This document shows, piece by piece, positions 51,287-64,000 of a DNA stretch of 64,000 bases. The DNA is from Psammoneis japonica (Eukaryota). The stretch is from NCBI GenBank assembly GCA_008632985.1, contig QPGO01000093.1, forward strand, positions 248,001 through 312,000. The letters are read 5' to 3'. Numbering within the stretch: position 1 is the first letter of the stretch; each line of letters begins with the position of its first letter. The notes beneath the pieces are model-generated. The model saw only the letters and a program-made list of their open reading frames with translations, was not told the origin of the DNA and ran no database searches. Position numbers and translations under genes: made by a program.

Positions 51287-51736
51287 TAGCTTGGCATGCA
51301 TGTCACGCACTGACAGATGATGTCACTTTGCAGTGCATCCGTTTCATCGTTTTTATGCGTTTTGTTCGTTTGTTGTTTGTTGTTTTTGAATTTCAAACGG
51401 CACGGCATTTTTGAATTTTGAAACTCGCCCGCCCGGGAATTCCCTCGCATGCTTGCATCATGAATTTATTAGAGAATGATGTGGTGGTAATAAACAATGA
51501 CACGTTGACTAAGGTGGCTGGATCTGTATGTGACATCCATCATTTTTAAAAATATAAATGAAAACGACACACCTCTCGCATCATGACCGTTGTGATCTGC
51601 AGTATCAGTTTTCAGTCACACTCTGTTATGCTATGCTAGCTAGCTAGACTGCAGCAAACGTCAACCTCTTCATGCTGCAAGCAAACGTTGGTTGAGCAAA
51701 CTGCTCACAAATTTCAAGTCTCTCGAAATCAAACCA

Positions 51737-54048
51737 ATGTTGTTGACGATGCAGATGATTAGCAAGCTTCTTCTGGTGTCAGCCGCGATGTGTAGCGCCT
51801 GCTGCAAATCTGCCTTCGCTCAAGACAATGAGGTGAGACACTTCCTACTGCATTGCAGTCTTTATCAGCGGAGAAGTGGGTATCCTCTTATTGTCTCCCA
51901 TGCTAATTCTCCGGCATTCGTTGTTACTGCATTGTTCTCACCTCTGTCGTTTCCATTCTCGCCTTTTGCGTGGCGACAATCTTTCATAATCAAAGATGGT
52001 CGATGACAATGCCGGCGTCAAAATGCACAACCTTCGTCATGGTACTGGTGCCGTTGATATCTTTCGACCTCGTAGTCTCGTTGACAAGGAGAGTATTCCG
52101 GGTCACCGTGACTTGGGAATCGACGAGACTGGCATTGTCCCGGTTGGCAACACCAACGGAGTACCTCCAGGTCGAACGGCATCGCTTTTTTCAGGCGACT
52201 TGATGCTGACTAGATCGGAAGCCGAAGACTTATACTCGACAGAATTTATATATCAGCTTGAAAGTGAAGACTTCCAGTTTTTGGATCTTGATATTCCTAC
52301 TGGACCTGACCGGCGTGATCTTGCGGTGAGACTTGGAAGACTCTGGCCAGATCGCAATGCAGAGGGACGTTTGGAAGTTTATTATCGATTCGACCCAACT
52401 ACGATTCCACCTACTGCTGCTACTCGGCGAACTGCTGCTCGGAATGCCATGGATCGGTTGGAAGACTCCGGAGTCGTTCGGTTTGTTGAAAGAACTACCG
52501 AGGCAAATTTCTTTGAGTTTGCAAACCTCGATGCGACCACCTGCTACTCCACACAGGTTGGTTGGAATGGCGGAGTTGGGCCTCAGTCCGTCATTAATTT
52601 GGGATTTTGTAACAGCAACACCCCAAATGACCAAAGCGACATCATGCATGAGATATTCCATACATTGGGATTTTGGCATGAACACTCACGACCGGATCGC
52701 GACAGCTTCATTACCATTACTTCGACTGTGGCGAACAGCAACTGGGCAATTTTAGCAGCCGCAGATGTTGATAGCCTTGGCTCTGCCTATGACTATGCAT
52801 CCTTCATGCATTACCCTACTGGCGCTTTTAGTGGAGACTTCACCTTCACTTTGGACAATACACAGCCCGCCTGTCTCAATACTATCGGGGTAGGTCACAA
52901 AAGAGGCCCTAGCTGGGAAGACATTGAACAGTTACGTCTCCGATACCATTGTGCGGCTGGCTCTCGCACCGGACCAGTGAACATTGCTGACTACTGCACC
53001 ACGGATTGTCAATGCTGGGAAAATGCGCTCGGAGATTGTGACAGCGACAACGAATGCCAAGGTAAGGCAGCTATTGTTTCGAAAATAAGACGGGAAAGTA
53101 AAACACTTTTCTCTCACTTTTCATTTTGCTTGTTCCTTTTCAGGAGATCTTATATGCGGCGAGGCCAGGGATCCAGGTCCAGAAAACTGGATCTGCGAAC
53201 CAATGGTCCGTGTTCTCCCAGAAAACATGTGCCGTGTAAACACTCAACCCGTGGCTTCATGCCAGGATGTCACCAGGTCTGCGAATGCTAATTGTGCTTA
53301 CGAGGTTCAACTCAGTGATGTTGACGCCGGTTCTTTCGATCCCGATGGTCATGTCAACCCTCCCACAGTTGAGCTCATTACCCTGGGTGGCACCACTCTT
53401 TCACTCGGACAGACAGCCGTCCAAGTCAGAATTACGGATACAAGCCCTCCGTTTCTCTTTGACGAGTGCACGGCTCGTGTGACAGTCGTTGACACCACCG
53501 CCCCGACTATCACATGTCCGGCAGATATCACCGTGAACAACGATATCGGGGACTGCGGTGCTGTGGTCCCGTATTCATTACCAGATGCACAGGACAACTG
53601 TTTAACAGCTCTGACGCGGACCGCCGGTCTCGCCCCCGGTGCGCGCTTTCCTGTTGGAACTACAACGGTGACGTACCAAGCCATTGATCAAGGCTTCCTC
53701 ACGGCCTCCTGTAGCTTCACTGTCACTGTCGTCGACAACGAGGCACCCACGGCACAGTGTGTTCCAGATCCGGACTCCCCAATTTTCCATTTTGTTGATC
53801 GCTGGATTGTAAGCGCCACTGACAACTGCGGAGTTACGGGCTTTGGAGTTCGGAATGCCGGCGACGATGCCTTTCCTGGTCCTTTCGATGCGACAGGTAC
53901 AAAGATCAAGTACATCGATATCCCAATTTGTAAGACTTTACAGTCCGAAGGAATAACAGAAGTTGATTACAAACTCACGGGGTGCGGCCCTCCGAAGGTG
54001 TTTGCATCCGATCTCGCAGGTAATACCGGCATTGTTGCCTGCTCCTAG
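51737..54048 (+). CDS. Secreted astacin (M12A) metalloprotease with Cys-rich segment and HYR domain(s)
   Basis: Signal-peptide exon, HEIFHTLGFWHEHSRPDRD, Met-turn SFMHY, intron 53062-53143, and HYR-like DTTAPTITCPADITV...FPVGTTTVTY...CSFTVTV. Confidence 0.9.
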
Positions 54049-54439
54049 GCATGGCCAGAATGACAACATGCTGTAACGATAATGTCAGTTTCAGATGGAC
54101 ACACGACATCAAAACATCAGTTAAACTAAACCAGTCGATACCAATAACACAAGCTATTAGCGCTCTTTGCACTGAATATACGGTATATGAGTTCCTACTT
54201 CTGAACTCGCAAGCACGTTTTAGTTGAAGAGGAAGATAGATACCGGTAGCACTAGAGATAGAGCGCGCGCCCGGGCTCGGAGGGCGGACATCTTCAGGTT
54301 GCGTTTGTCCGAAGCCTTACTAGCAGCCAAACACTGAAAACATGAAGAAGGCTATCAACCTTGTACGGTGCTAATCATCACGTATCACGTTGCAGGTTTG
54401 TCTTCGACACAATGGTGAAGCGCCATTGGAGAACCGACA

Positions 54440-57339
54440 TTACAAGCTTCTCACCTGGAACTGTCGAGAACATCCACTAAAATCAGAAGTACCACCGAAC
54501 AGGATCTTTCTTGTTCCAAAATGACATATCCGATACACGCCTATCGGCGTTTCAGAGTGAATATCCCAGGTAATTTCAGCAAAAGAAGAGCCTTTCAGGA
54601 TATCTTCCTTCCAGAAAAACCGCGTACACCAATCGCCATCGACGTACTTTGTTGTCCATGTGCCATCGTCTTGGTTCAGACGGTCAACAGAAAGAAACGT
54701 ATCTTCAATTCTTTGGTTGTTTCTGGGGTTTCCTGTTCGAAATGAAACGATAACCCTGTCACCAATGTTATACTCCTCTTTTGCATCGATCGCCATTGAC
54801 CCGTACTATGGTGACAAGGAGACGAGATCTGACAATTTTAGAAAACTGATTCTCCTCGGGGTTCCAGAGGGAGAGTGAAAGAGCAACAAAGCTACAGCTC
54901 AAGGACGTACCTTCCTCCCGAATCCAATGGTATCAAACACAACAGGTGGGAGCAGCGATATCTGCTTCTGCGACAAGTCTTGAGGGGCTGGATCTGAGGC
55001 TGAAGGATTGTCTTCGAGTAGATCACGCGTGATACGTTCAAATTCTTGAATATAAGCCTTTAGAGTGTGTGGCCCGTACAAAGTTGAAGCAGCCTCATAC
55101 CTCTGGCCTGCATACTCCTCAATGGTCGTCACATAATGAGTATATGAGTTCGCCAACCCAGCAATCGTGACTATGGGATCTTTCACTCCTTTCTGAACTA
55201 GAGTGTCTCGGACTGCGCTGCGAAGTCGTCTACCAGCCATGGTAGTGAATTCAGAAGGAACATTGAGAATGAAAAGCTGGCCAACCCGAAAGATTGAAAT
55301 AGGAAGAGTCGAAGAGACCCAGTCGTAAGGAAGCGTCACTGAGCCCAACTGTGCGAGAATGGGCTTCGGGGCCTGGCATTGATTATCATCTTTCGTTGGA
55401 GGAGAAAGAAAGCCAGACACAAGGTTCCAAAACGGATTTGGCTACGATTGCCCAGCAATGACACAATAAAAAGCGCAGCAAGTGAGAGTAAAATGAATAA
55501 AAACTTGTGAGATGTTGCGTGGGCCCCAACTTACACTGGTGGTACCCTGTTCAAAAATGGAGCTGAGCAAACATGAAGAGATGCACGCGTCAGAGTGGAG
55601 AAAAGCAAAAATATAGTAATCCCAAACGTGTTTGATACAGTTTGCAGAGAACCCAGAGAGCCAGAAAACTTACATAGTGGGGCCATCCGTGGTGCCAGCA
55701 GCAAACGCGTACCCCAACGCAGCACTGCATGTAGTCGCAGTGCTTCCGTCATCCAAGAGAACGGCACGTTTCTCCATGTTAATGAACGAGTGTCGGAAAT
55801 CAACGTCACCGCTAAGCGTTTTACTTGTTGCAGTATCCTGATAAAGCTCAACTGCCTTTTCGTACTGTTTGCGACCAATAATCTCGGTCGACTCGAACAT
55901 ATCGTTGCCAGGGCCAAAGGCGATGCAGAGCTCACTTTTGCCGTTACAAGTGGATGATTCCACGTCACATGGCAATCCTGAAAATGCAGTAAATCGTTAT
56001 GGAATCAAATAGAATTAGCACGTGCTGTGAGCTGATAAACTGGAGATTTCAGGATAAATCGGTCTCACCGGTATCGATGCATCGTGGTCCGTTGGTATTC
56101 GGAGATATATCCCCGAGGTTGGTCGAAGCAAATGCACCAACGAACTTTCCTTTACCAGGTAATGTGTCTTTTCCGTTGAAATGCTTTTCCATCAAATACG
56201 ATGCGTATCCTTTGTTATCTCCTGAAATGAGCTACAACAACAGGACACCAAAACGGGAAACAGGGTGAGCAGGTAAATCTTCTTTCCTCTCCCTGTTTTA
56301 CTTTTTCTCTCACTCACAGAGTTTGTTCTGTTCATGCTTGTTCCATGAACAGCAAACCAAGACAAAGCGCCAACATCTGCTCCATTTTCCGAAGTGAACT
56401 TGAGGAGCAGCATGGTCTTATCTGTATCACCTTCATCTGCATGCTCATTTCGCTCGCTTTGGGGATTCAGCAAGTAGCTGGACGGGGATCGGTTAATGTT
56501 TGAATCGAGTAAGGGGCCGCTCGACGCGTCAATGTTTCCAGGTTCAAGATTATCATAGGCTCTAATTTTTTGCAGCAACGAATCCATGAGAATGGTAACG
56601 AGACTGCGACACCGACACTTTTTCAATGAGCGCACCTTTTAATCGACTGAGCAATTCCTTCCACAAAGGCATCCATGGTTTCATCCACAAAGCCAAGGCT
56701 TGTCACCTGGTACAGCGTGTACTGAAGAAAACCAGCGGGTCCGGAATGCGTGTGCGTCCCGCTAATGCTTAGGTTTTCCAAATGGCATAGTGGTTTTCCT
56801 GAGTTGCCCTGCACAGGGAGTAGCTCTTGTAACCGACGGACGACGCGAATGTTTATCAAATCACTTCCCATGCCGGCGTCAATGCTAACAAAGCAAATTG
56901 TTTCCTCTGGTTCAGCAAGTAGAGATGCCGTCTTCTCGTTCAGCCGTGTAGCATCGTTTTCGAATTGCCGACGCAAAAGAGATCGATCACGACCTTCTTC
57001 TTCATTATTTGTCGCTACAGTGCTAGTAGTTGGCCGCTTTGCCACGATGAAGGCTCGGGAACGCAAACGTTGATGAATCCCTTGCGCTTTTTGTGTTGGG
57101 TCTCCGTACCCCATAAAGTTGACATTTGCAGCAGGTCCTGTGCTGTAGGAATACAAGAGGCAACGTCCACATATTACATTTGTCAAGCAACAACAACAAC
57201 AGACAGATGTAAATCCCTGAACTTACATGTCGTATATTCCCGTTCCAATCAAGTAATTACTACCGTCCTGATTCTGTGCAACTGCACACAACAGACAAGC
57301 CTGAAGAAGAAGACATTGCAAGAACACAGTGCGCATCAT
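54440..57339 (-). CDS. Neutral/alkaline non-lysosomal ceramidase, multi-exon
   Basis: TGPAANVNFMGY, RLRSRAF, SGTHTHSGP, WFAVHGTSMN, GYAFAAGTTDGP, PSEFTTMAGRRLR and QRYEAASTLYGP. Confidence 0.95.
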
Positions 57340-57812
57340 TGTCGCTGCCGACAAGGGCATGGTCGATTGGGTGCGAGGTGCGAGTGAACTGCTTTGCCCT
57401 TACCACTGATCATGGTTCATGGTGGAAGCAAGAATGAAGAACGAAGAAAAGCCGAATGAGCTGGCAAATTTTGAAATTTTGGATTTGAAATTTTGTCAGA
57501 TTTTGCAGAAATTTGACAATTTTCAAACACGCGGGAATCGGAAACCCACATAGCCAACGGAAAACACGCGAACCCCGTTATTTAATACTCCTTTATACAA
57601 GCCTACAACTTTTTATAGTTTTTATTCTAAAAATGACAAATTTCAACTATCCAACCTACCTGTATGTTGCCGTACGGTTTTTCGTACAAAATTACGTGGG
57701 CCCGAGACTGCTGAAACACACACACGCAAAAAAGACGACAATGATGATGTTGTGAATACTTGTTTGATCACTACACGTTATAAACTCTGATTCTCTCTTT
57801 ATACTTCCAACA

Positions 57813-60800
57813 ATGGAAGCCAACGGCTGGGACGATGCAGCCCGTCCCTCGAGTTCGCTACGACCCCCGCAACACCACGCTCACGACTCGGACGAGGAAT
57901 GGTCATCCACGGACGGTTCCTTTCAACAAGAAACGGCCCCGTCATCTCCCTTTGGGCACATGACGTATGCTCTGCGTCGTCCTGCGGCCGTGGTTCGTAC
58001 CAATAGCATTGGCTCGTCTGCCGAGACGAACAACAACAAGAATCCGAATGAACAAATTGGATTTCACCCCGGCCAGCAAACCCGTCACCGCTCCCCGATT
58101 CCTCCTCAGCACAAGGCGCAACTACAACAGCAGCAGCAGCAACAACAGCATGCTACGAGCAAACCAACCGCAGCACGCCGGACAGCAGCACGCATTCATC
58201 CGCAGCAGCAGCAACAACGTCCGTTGAAGTTTGGGAGTGTCGTGCGTCTGTTTGTCGTGATTGGAGGTTTGGGATATGCGGTGTTGATGATGATGCTGTT
58301 CTCCAATCCCAACTTTTCGTCGGACTATCCCGTGGTGTATCCCAGTTCCAATCGACATTCGTTTGCGTCACGACACGCGGCCGACATGGCGAGACATGAC
58401 CTTCGACGTCAATCGGAAAAGGAAGCCAAGAAGCGTGCTCAAGAACGCAGACGTAAAACGAAACCGAAATCATATTCCAAACAAAATCTACAGCGCTACG
58501 AAATTCTACTGGCGGACGATGAACGCCGTGGAGCGGCCACACCGGATCCCATTTACATGGGACGCAAACAACCGACACCGGCAAGTCTTTCGGATCTCTG
58601 CGGAACGCATGCTCGCAACGCGTCTCTGTCGCATGCCAATTCCTATCTGGCGTACGATGCCTTGAATGAAAAGGCACGCGTCATGATTACCGGCATTTTA
58701 AATCCCATTGGCTTTCATTTGGCACTCAAATTGCAACAAGAATGCGGCGTCCAAGTCATGACGGGAATTGATCCCATGTATCCCAACACGGTGGCGAATC
58801 GTCTCGACATTTTGCCACGCATTCAAACGCTGGCCACCATGATTCCCAAAATGGTACAACCCATCGTTCTACCTTATATTGGCTTGAATCCACGCATCAA
58901 CACCAAACGACGCAGTGGCAAACGTCCGTTATTGTTGGACATCACGAGAGAATTCAATTTGCTTTCGTTTCATCCCACTCACATTGTGCATTTGGCATCG
59001 TACACGCCGGAAATGTATCAAGACGTCAAGGCCCGTAAAGAGGGACGCATCAATGTCAATTCTCCCTATGTCAAAGATGAAACGTACCCACCCATGTATT
59101 ATGCTCGTTCCAGCATGATGGCCATGGAGCACGTGCTGAGTTCGGTTGCGGGTGAGGGAAATTTTCACAATCGACCGCACGTGACGTATGCATCATCCTT
59201 GGATGTATCTTCTTCTTCCGGCAAGCAGGATTTTCATTCCAAACTCAAATTGGTGGATGAAGTCATGGCGGATGCCTATCATTCCATCAAGGGTGTCACG
59301 GCGGTGGGATTGCGTTTGCCACGAGCCATTTATGGACCACACGGTAGACCCGATACGCCCGAACACGATTTGGCACAAGCGGTGGTGCGAGATTGGCATT
59401 TAGACGTGTCGTCGTCGTCCTTGTTGGACAAGGCCAATGTGACGAATGCCGAACGAGACTTTTTGTTTGTGGATGGTATGTTGTTGTAAAACTGTGCAAA
59501 GATGGATATGTTGTGTGCAGATTATGTGTGATTGTTGCTCAGTTCCATCGCTCCTTTCATTATTGTTGTCGTTGTTGCAGACGTTGTGGACGCCATTATT
59601 GCAGCCATGCAGTACCGTCCCGAGAGCTCTTCGCCAGCCGTCTTTGATATCGGACCCGCTTCTGTCTCGTCTCTGAGTCGGGCGGCAGAAATTATGGAAA
59701 ACTTGAAACCCTTGGGTCCCCACAAGTGGCGCTGTCGACCTCGGTGCGTTCCGGACTCGACTATCCCAAGACAGCCAATTATCTCAAGTGGTCTCCCACG
59801 ACGCCACTGACTCTGGGCATTCAAAAACTCTTGGCGTGGCACTTGGACGAAAAGAATCCCTACGGTGCACCGCTGCCCCAACCGAAATCGTACAAGCAAG
59901 CCACGCTGGCACCCAAACCAGAGTCGGCCTATGAAACGGGCGATGCCTTTTTGGAACGACACTCGGCACCCACGTGTGCCGTGGATGATGTGTATTGTCA
60001 TTTGGGATCGCTACCCTTGCCTTGCGTTTCCGAGTGCACCACCAAGACGCATTGTGCTCCGTCCGTGCTCGATGACATGCTGGAGCTATCCAAGGAAGTG
60101 ACCAAGGGATGTGATATCATCATGTACACGCAGTCGCTCGGCTATGATGTGCAGGATTTGAATCTGGAATCGCAATACATGGAGGATGGGAAGCGGATTG
60201 TTTGTAACTTTGCCTTCATTCCCAAAGACAGCAAGCTGACCAAGACGGTGACGAAAAAGGTTCCATCCGAACAGCTTGAGAAGTTTGGTGTCAAGATAGA
60301 CAAGGATCGTCCCGATTGGGAAGAACGACGATTGGAAGGCCTTAATGGCCGCTTGCTGTACAAGGGTTGGATTCTCTTGTGGGTCGACGACGGATTGAAA
60401 CCACTCTCACAGGCGGATGAGTACTTGTTGAAAATGACACCGGCAAAATTTTTTGCCAAGAGTGTCACGCATGCCATGTACGTGTCGGAAGACTTTCCAG
60501 TGACACCCAACATTCAGGATGTGCTGTTTCTTGCCGATGAGACGTTTCGTCCCCGTTTCAAACGACGTTCTGTCTATCGCAACGAAGACGATGGCAAGAA
60601 GCACAAGTATGTGTTGGAGGAAGAACCAGAACGTCGAGCCGTCTTGCTCGCGTCTCCGCTGAAGAGAATGAAGATGGGCAACCAGCTGGACAAGACGGAA
60701 AAGATGACCGTGCATGATGCCACCAAGTACATGATTTTTGAGACTGGTGGTGATCCAATGGCTGCGGAACCAATTGAGTTGCGAAAACAACGAGAATTCT

Positions 60801-61324
60801 ACGAGCGAGTCCCTACCTTTGTCAATCGAATGGATATGCGTTCACCCTTTGAGAACATTTATCACTATGAACTTCAGAATTGGATTCGTTCGCGATGGAT
60901 TGTGCACGACTTAAGGGTGGATGAAGGCAGAGAGGTTCGGTGCAAGTGGTACAGTGAGCATGTTCAGTGGAACAATGAATTGGATCAGCTCAGTTTTGGT
61001 CATGTCATGAACATGCTGGAGCTGAAACGTCGCTTGGTTCGAAACGAGCCCGATGAGCGCGCTCGTAACGCGGAAGAACGGCCAGAAATATTGAAAGAGC
61101 TTACTGACGCACACGAGTGGCACGGAATTCTTGGTGTGCGCAGTCTTGCGGAGCTGAAGGAAGTGGAGCGCACTGCAAAAGAAGATGAGGTTGTTGAAGA
61201 GAATCCTGTTGAAGAGATGGAGAAGGATCCGATTTGGTATGTGAGAATATTGAGCGAACGCTTCATGCTACAGGCGAGAAAGGCGTGGGTCGAAAGACAA
61301 AGGAGAAAGATGAAAAAGCGTTAA
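57813..61324 (+). CDS. Type II membrane protein: degenerate UDP-glucuronate 4-epimerase-like SDR domain fused to a DUF616-like glycosyltransferase domain
   Basis: TM helix; VMITG..IGFHLA, HIVHLA, YASS, YGPHGRPD and RDFLFVD|DVVDAI (intron 59476-59580); C-terminal KMTPAKFF...CKWYSEH...DQLSF. Frame changes near 59725. Confidence 0.7.
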
Positions 61325-61469
61325 GCTGGTTCTATAGAATCTGTTATTGTATACAGTGTTGCTCTCTAGCTAGTTGCTGTCTCTTAGGAGCTTTGCAATT
61401 GCGAATACACCAATGAATATTTAAAGCCTTCCTTCTATTGTTATTAGACGGCAATTCTATGAGGTCTTG

Positions 61470-64000
61470 TCACTTGACCAATAGGAAATGACGCCATTTC
61501 AAGGTTATGGGATCTTTGAAGTCGATTTGCTGTGCCTTCCCATCTGCCACCATCTTCGGTAACTGATTTGAGAGCACGGCACTTTCACCAGTGGCGCGCC
61601 AGACTGTAATGTGTGAGAAAGTATTGCTCGGCCCTGGAACGGAAAGTTTGTGCTCGTCGTTTGTGGCCGAAGCGATTGTGGCCGACAATGCCGCCACTCT
61701 CTCACCCCACAATAAGCCATTCGCTGTCACCTCGACGGGATGGCCTTCCACGGCATCGTAATTCTCGCGCATTGTCTTCTGGTCCACATTATTGTGATGC
61801 GCCATAGTCACATGAGTATTCTTTATGAATCCAGGTCCCGAGAACATTTCTGCGCGTGATTCCTTTCTTTTCCTTCATCGCATGCCACGAGAAAGCGGGA
61901 GATGGCGGATTCGCTCGATTCTGCACAACTCTTCAACAACTCATGTACCTCAGTAACATTGACGTCAACCGACACGATTTTGATAAAGGGCCTACTAGGC
62001 TCTAAGGCACCTGCAGGCCATCCAGGCCTTGCATTCGTGATTTCACTTGGGCAACAAACGACTGTCTAGATTCTTCAGGGTCGACACTTAGGCCGTCGAG
62101 CATTTCTTTGTGAGCACCAATTACCTTCCGCAGACGATCCTCGGTACGATCAATCTGTTCGTCTTGTTTGTTCTTTCCCGATTTCTTTTCCCATCCAACC
62201 TTATCCAACGATTCGGAAAGGAAAAGTGAGAACACGGACCGATGCAAAAACAGATTTCTGATGGCTGAATCATACCTGAACTTGCAGTGCTTCTATAAGA
62301 GCCGCTTCCAAATCAGGGGGCAAGGGCGGAAGACTCTTTTCAGCAAAGAAAGGAACTCTTATTGGCGGCATCGACGACATTGCCCCAGTTTTCTCCGTGC
62401 CCATTTTCAAAGCATCAACAAACTGATCCGCAGCTATTCTTCTATATAAACCAAAGAAACTCGCGACGATCATACATGCGTGTTTTGTTGCCCCATCAAG
62501 ATTTCCGTTATGCGAACCTGCTGGTCGATCCAGTACTCTAGACATGCACACTGCTAGATAGTGTAGCGAGAATGGATAGTAGTTGACAATATCTCGGTCA
62601 AAAACCCCATTCTTCAATCTTGCCCCTGTGATAGCCGTTGTTTGCACCGCAACGTCATCTGGAAGAACAGCGACCGCGACCCCTGCTGACGTCGAGAAAG
62701 CATTCCCTATTGATATCCAGGCGGTAGGAGGCGAGTTTTATCGGCGACAATGACCGATGAGGGATCCATGTCCCTCTTCTGCTTGACATGTTGCCAGTAC
62801 TTCTTATTCATTTTGTCACCTTCCAGAATTGATACCGTGCGTTTGGGCTCAGCACTATTTCCGTCATGCAAAGACGCCAGATCCGATGAAATGTGCTCAA
62901 GCTCTTGGTTCGTCTTGGAGTTACAGAGAGTGCTCTTTCCACTCCCTGGGATTGCCGGAAAATACATGAGCAGCCCTGGCCTTGTATCGGGTTGAGAAAC
63001 AGCTTTCGATAGCGACCAAAGCCTTCTTAGAATTGCTTTCACGTCCTTGTTTTCCCTAAAGTCTTCTTGACTCTGGATACTGGGCATTATACCAGAAACT
63101 TCTAAGACTGCACAAGCATTTTTCCTCCATGATTGAGCTTTTCCATAAAGCATCGCGCGATCTTTGTCAGTTTGTTCCAAGACTTTCATACTCGTCATGT
63201 CACAGTCCACGAGAACAACAAATATCGAGTCTCTGAACTTTTTCAATTGCTGACGAACAGACTTCACCCCCACCCCAACACTGCCACTGTATATAACTCC
63301 AGCACCTTGCGGGGCAATCGATATTATCAGTTCACCCTCAGATATCTTCCCAATGTCGTTACGCTGCCGTACCCCATCGAGTTCAACTGAGAGATAGCTC
63401 GCAAATCGATCAGCTGTTTCGCTTTCCCATGAAACCACAATGACGGCACCACGAAAGGCGGATGGGGTCTTCCTCTTCCCAGTAGTTTTGATATGGTTAT
63501 TATCGTAGAGGTCCCGAAACCGTTCAAAATGGTCGAGATAGAACATTGCATTTAACTGCAACAAGTTCCCGTCGCTGTGCGTTTTCGATGCGCTTCCTTC
63601 CATATTATCATAGGCGTACAGAGCCCAAGAATGAAAGAACGGTTGCCACTTCTTCATCCCTCCTTGTGAGATTTCCCACTTTTTCAATAGATTTATCGCG
63701 AATTGGTCAAAGGCATCTGGACCACCGCTTTTCAAAACAGAGAGGCCGTTTCGGCACACAAACGTTCGAATCATGTATGGCAGGAACTTCATTTTGAGAA
63801 TCAGCGTGTCATCTTCATTGGTCTTTCCACGTAGTTCAGTCTTTGGGATAGGCACACCCGCATCGCATCTTCCTGTGGCGGTGCTACTACTGTCTTCTGT
63901 CAAGAGCTCCAAACAGCACCCGCGAAACAAGGCCATTTCTCCTTCGTTTCTTCGTTTATGAAACTTTTGAAACGTGACATCCGAGTGAACTTGAACGATA
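61470..64000 (-). CDS. Trl1/plant RNL-type multifunctional tRNA ligase (5' part outside the window)
   Basis: LKMKFLPYMIRTF at the end of the ligase domain, P-loop FPAIPGSGKSTL with ADK, and two HxT 2H-phosphodiesterase motifs (HVTMAH, HITVW). Several apparent 1-bp frame breaks. Confidence 0.8.

Larger units (their letters stand above)
45750..51415. repeat. Copy B of the duplicated unit, interrupted by a copia gag relic and a MITE
   Basis: Collinear matches to copy A as listed there. Confidence 0.8.

Noticed and set aside
32110..51450. Classical fungal RIP or simple CpG methylation decay as the full explanation
   Set aside because: Both are C->T processes. They cannot remove TpA, and RIP increases it.
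57545..57790. AT-rich patch in the ceramidase/epimerase divergent promoter as a MITE
   Set aside because: I could not find TIRs or a TSD.
6740..62750. Frame breaks in POLD3 (~6755), the sulfotransferase (~24895), the epimerase fusion (~59725) and the tRNA ligase (~62735 and others)
   Set aside because: Those I traced (POLD3, sulfotransferase, ligase ~62735) are fixed by one extra base in a short homopolymer. Long-read indel errors are more likely than pseudogenes or programmed frameshifts.

Overview
Eukaryotic nuclear DNA, most likely from a pennate diatom (short GT-AG introns, bipartite plastid presequences, copia-type and DIRS-type retroelement relics). The gene-dense parts encode POLD3, an HCF173/CIA30-like Rossmann protein, a nitroreductase, a DUF1769 protein, SPF45, an FAD monooxygenase, two sulfotransferase-like proteins, dynactin p150, an astacin-HYR protease, a neutral ceramidase, an epimerase/DUF616 fusion and a Trl1-type tRNA ligase. 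The main signal is four sharply bounded blocks (~1-3.1, 10.3-13.0, 17.95-20.55 and 32.1-51.4 kb) from which TpA has been almost erased, mostly converted to TpG or CpA. CpG is also lost, but only in some parts. The blocks hold transposon relics, tandem duplications and copies of cellular genes (Ariadne E3, ceramidase, an ADP-ribosyltransferase) whose conserved Tyr codons now read His or Cys. This looks like a RIP-like hypermutation system acting A:T->G:C at TpA; I know of no description of it. Two MITEs inside the blocks keep their TpA. All counts and alignments were done by eye and need computational confirmation.
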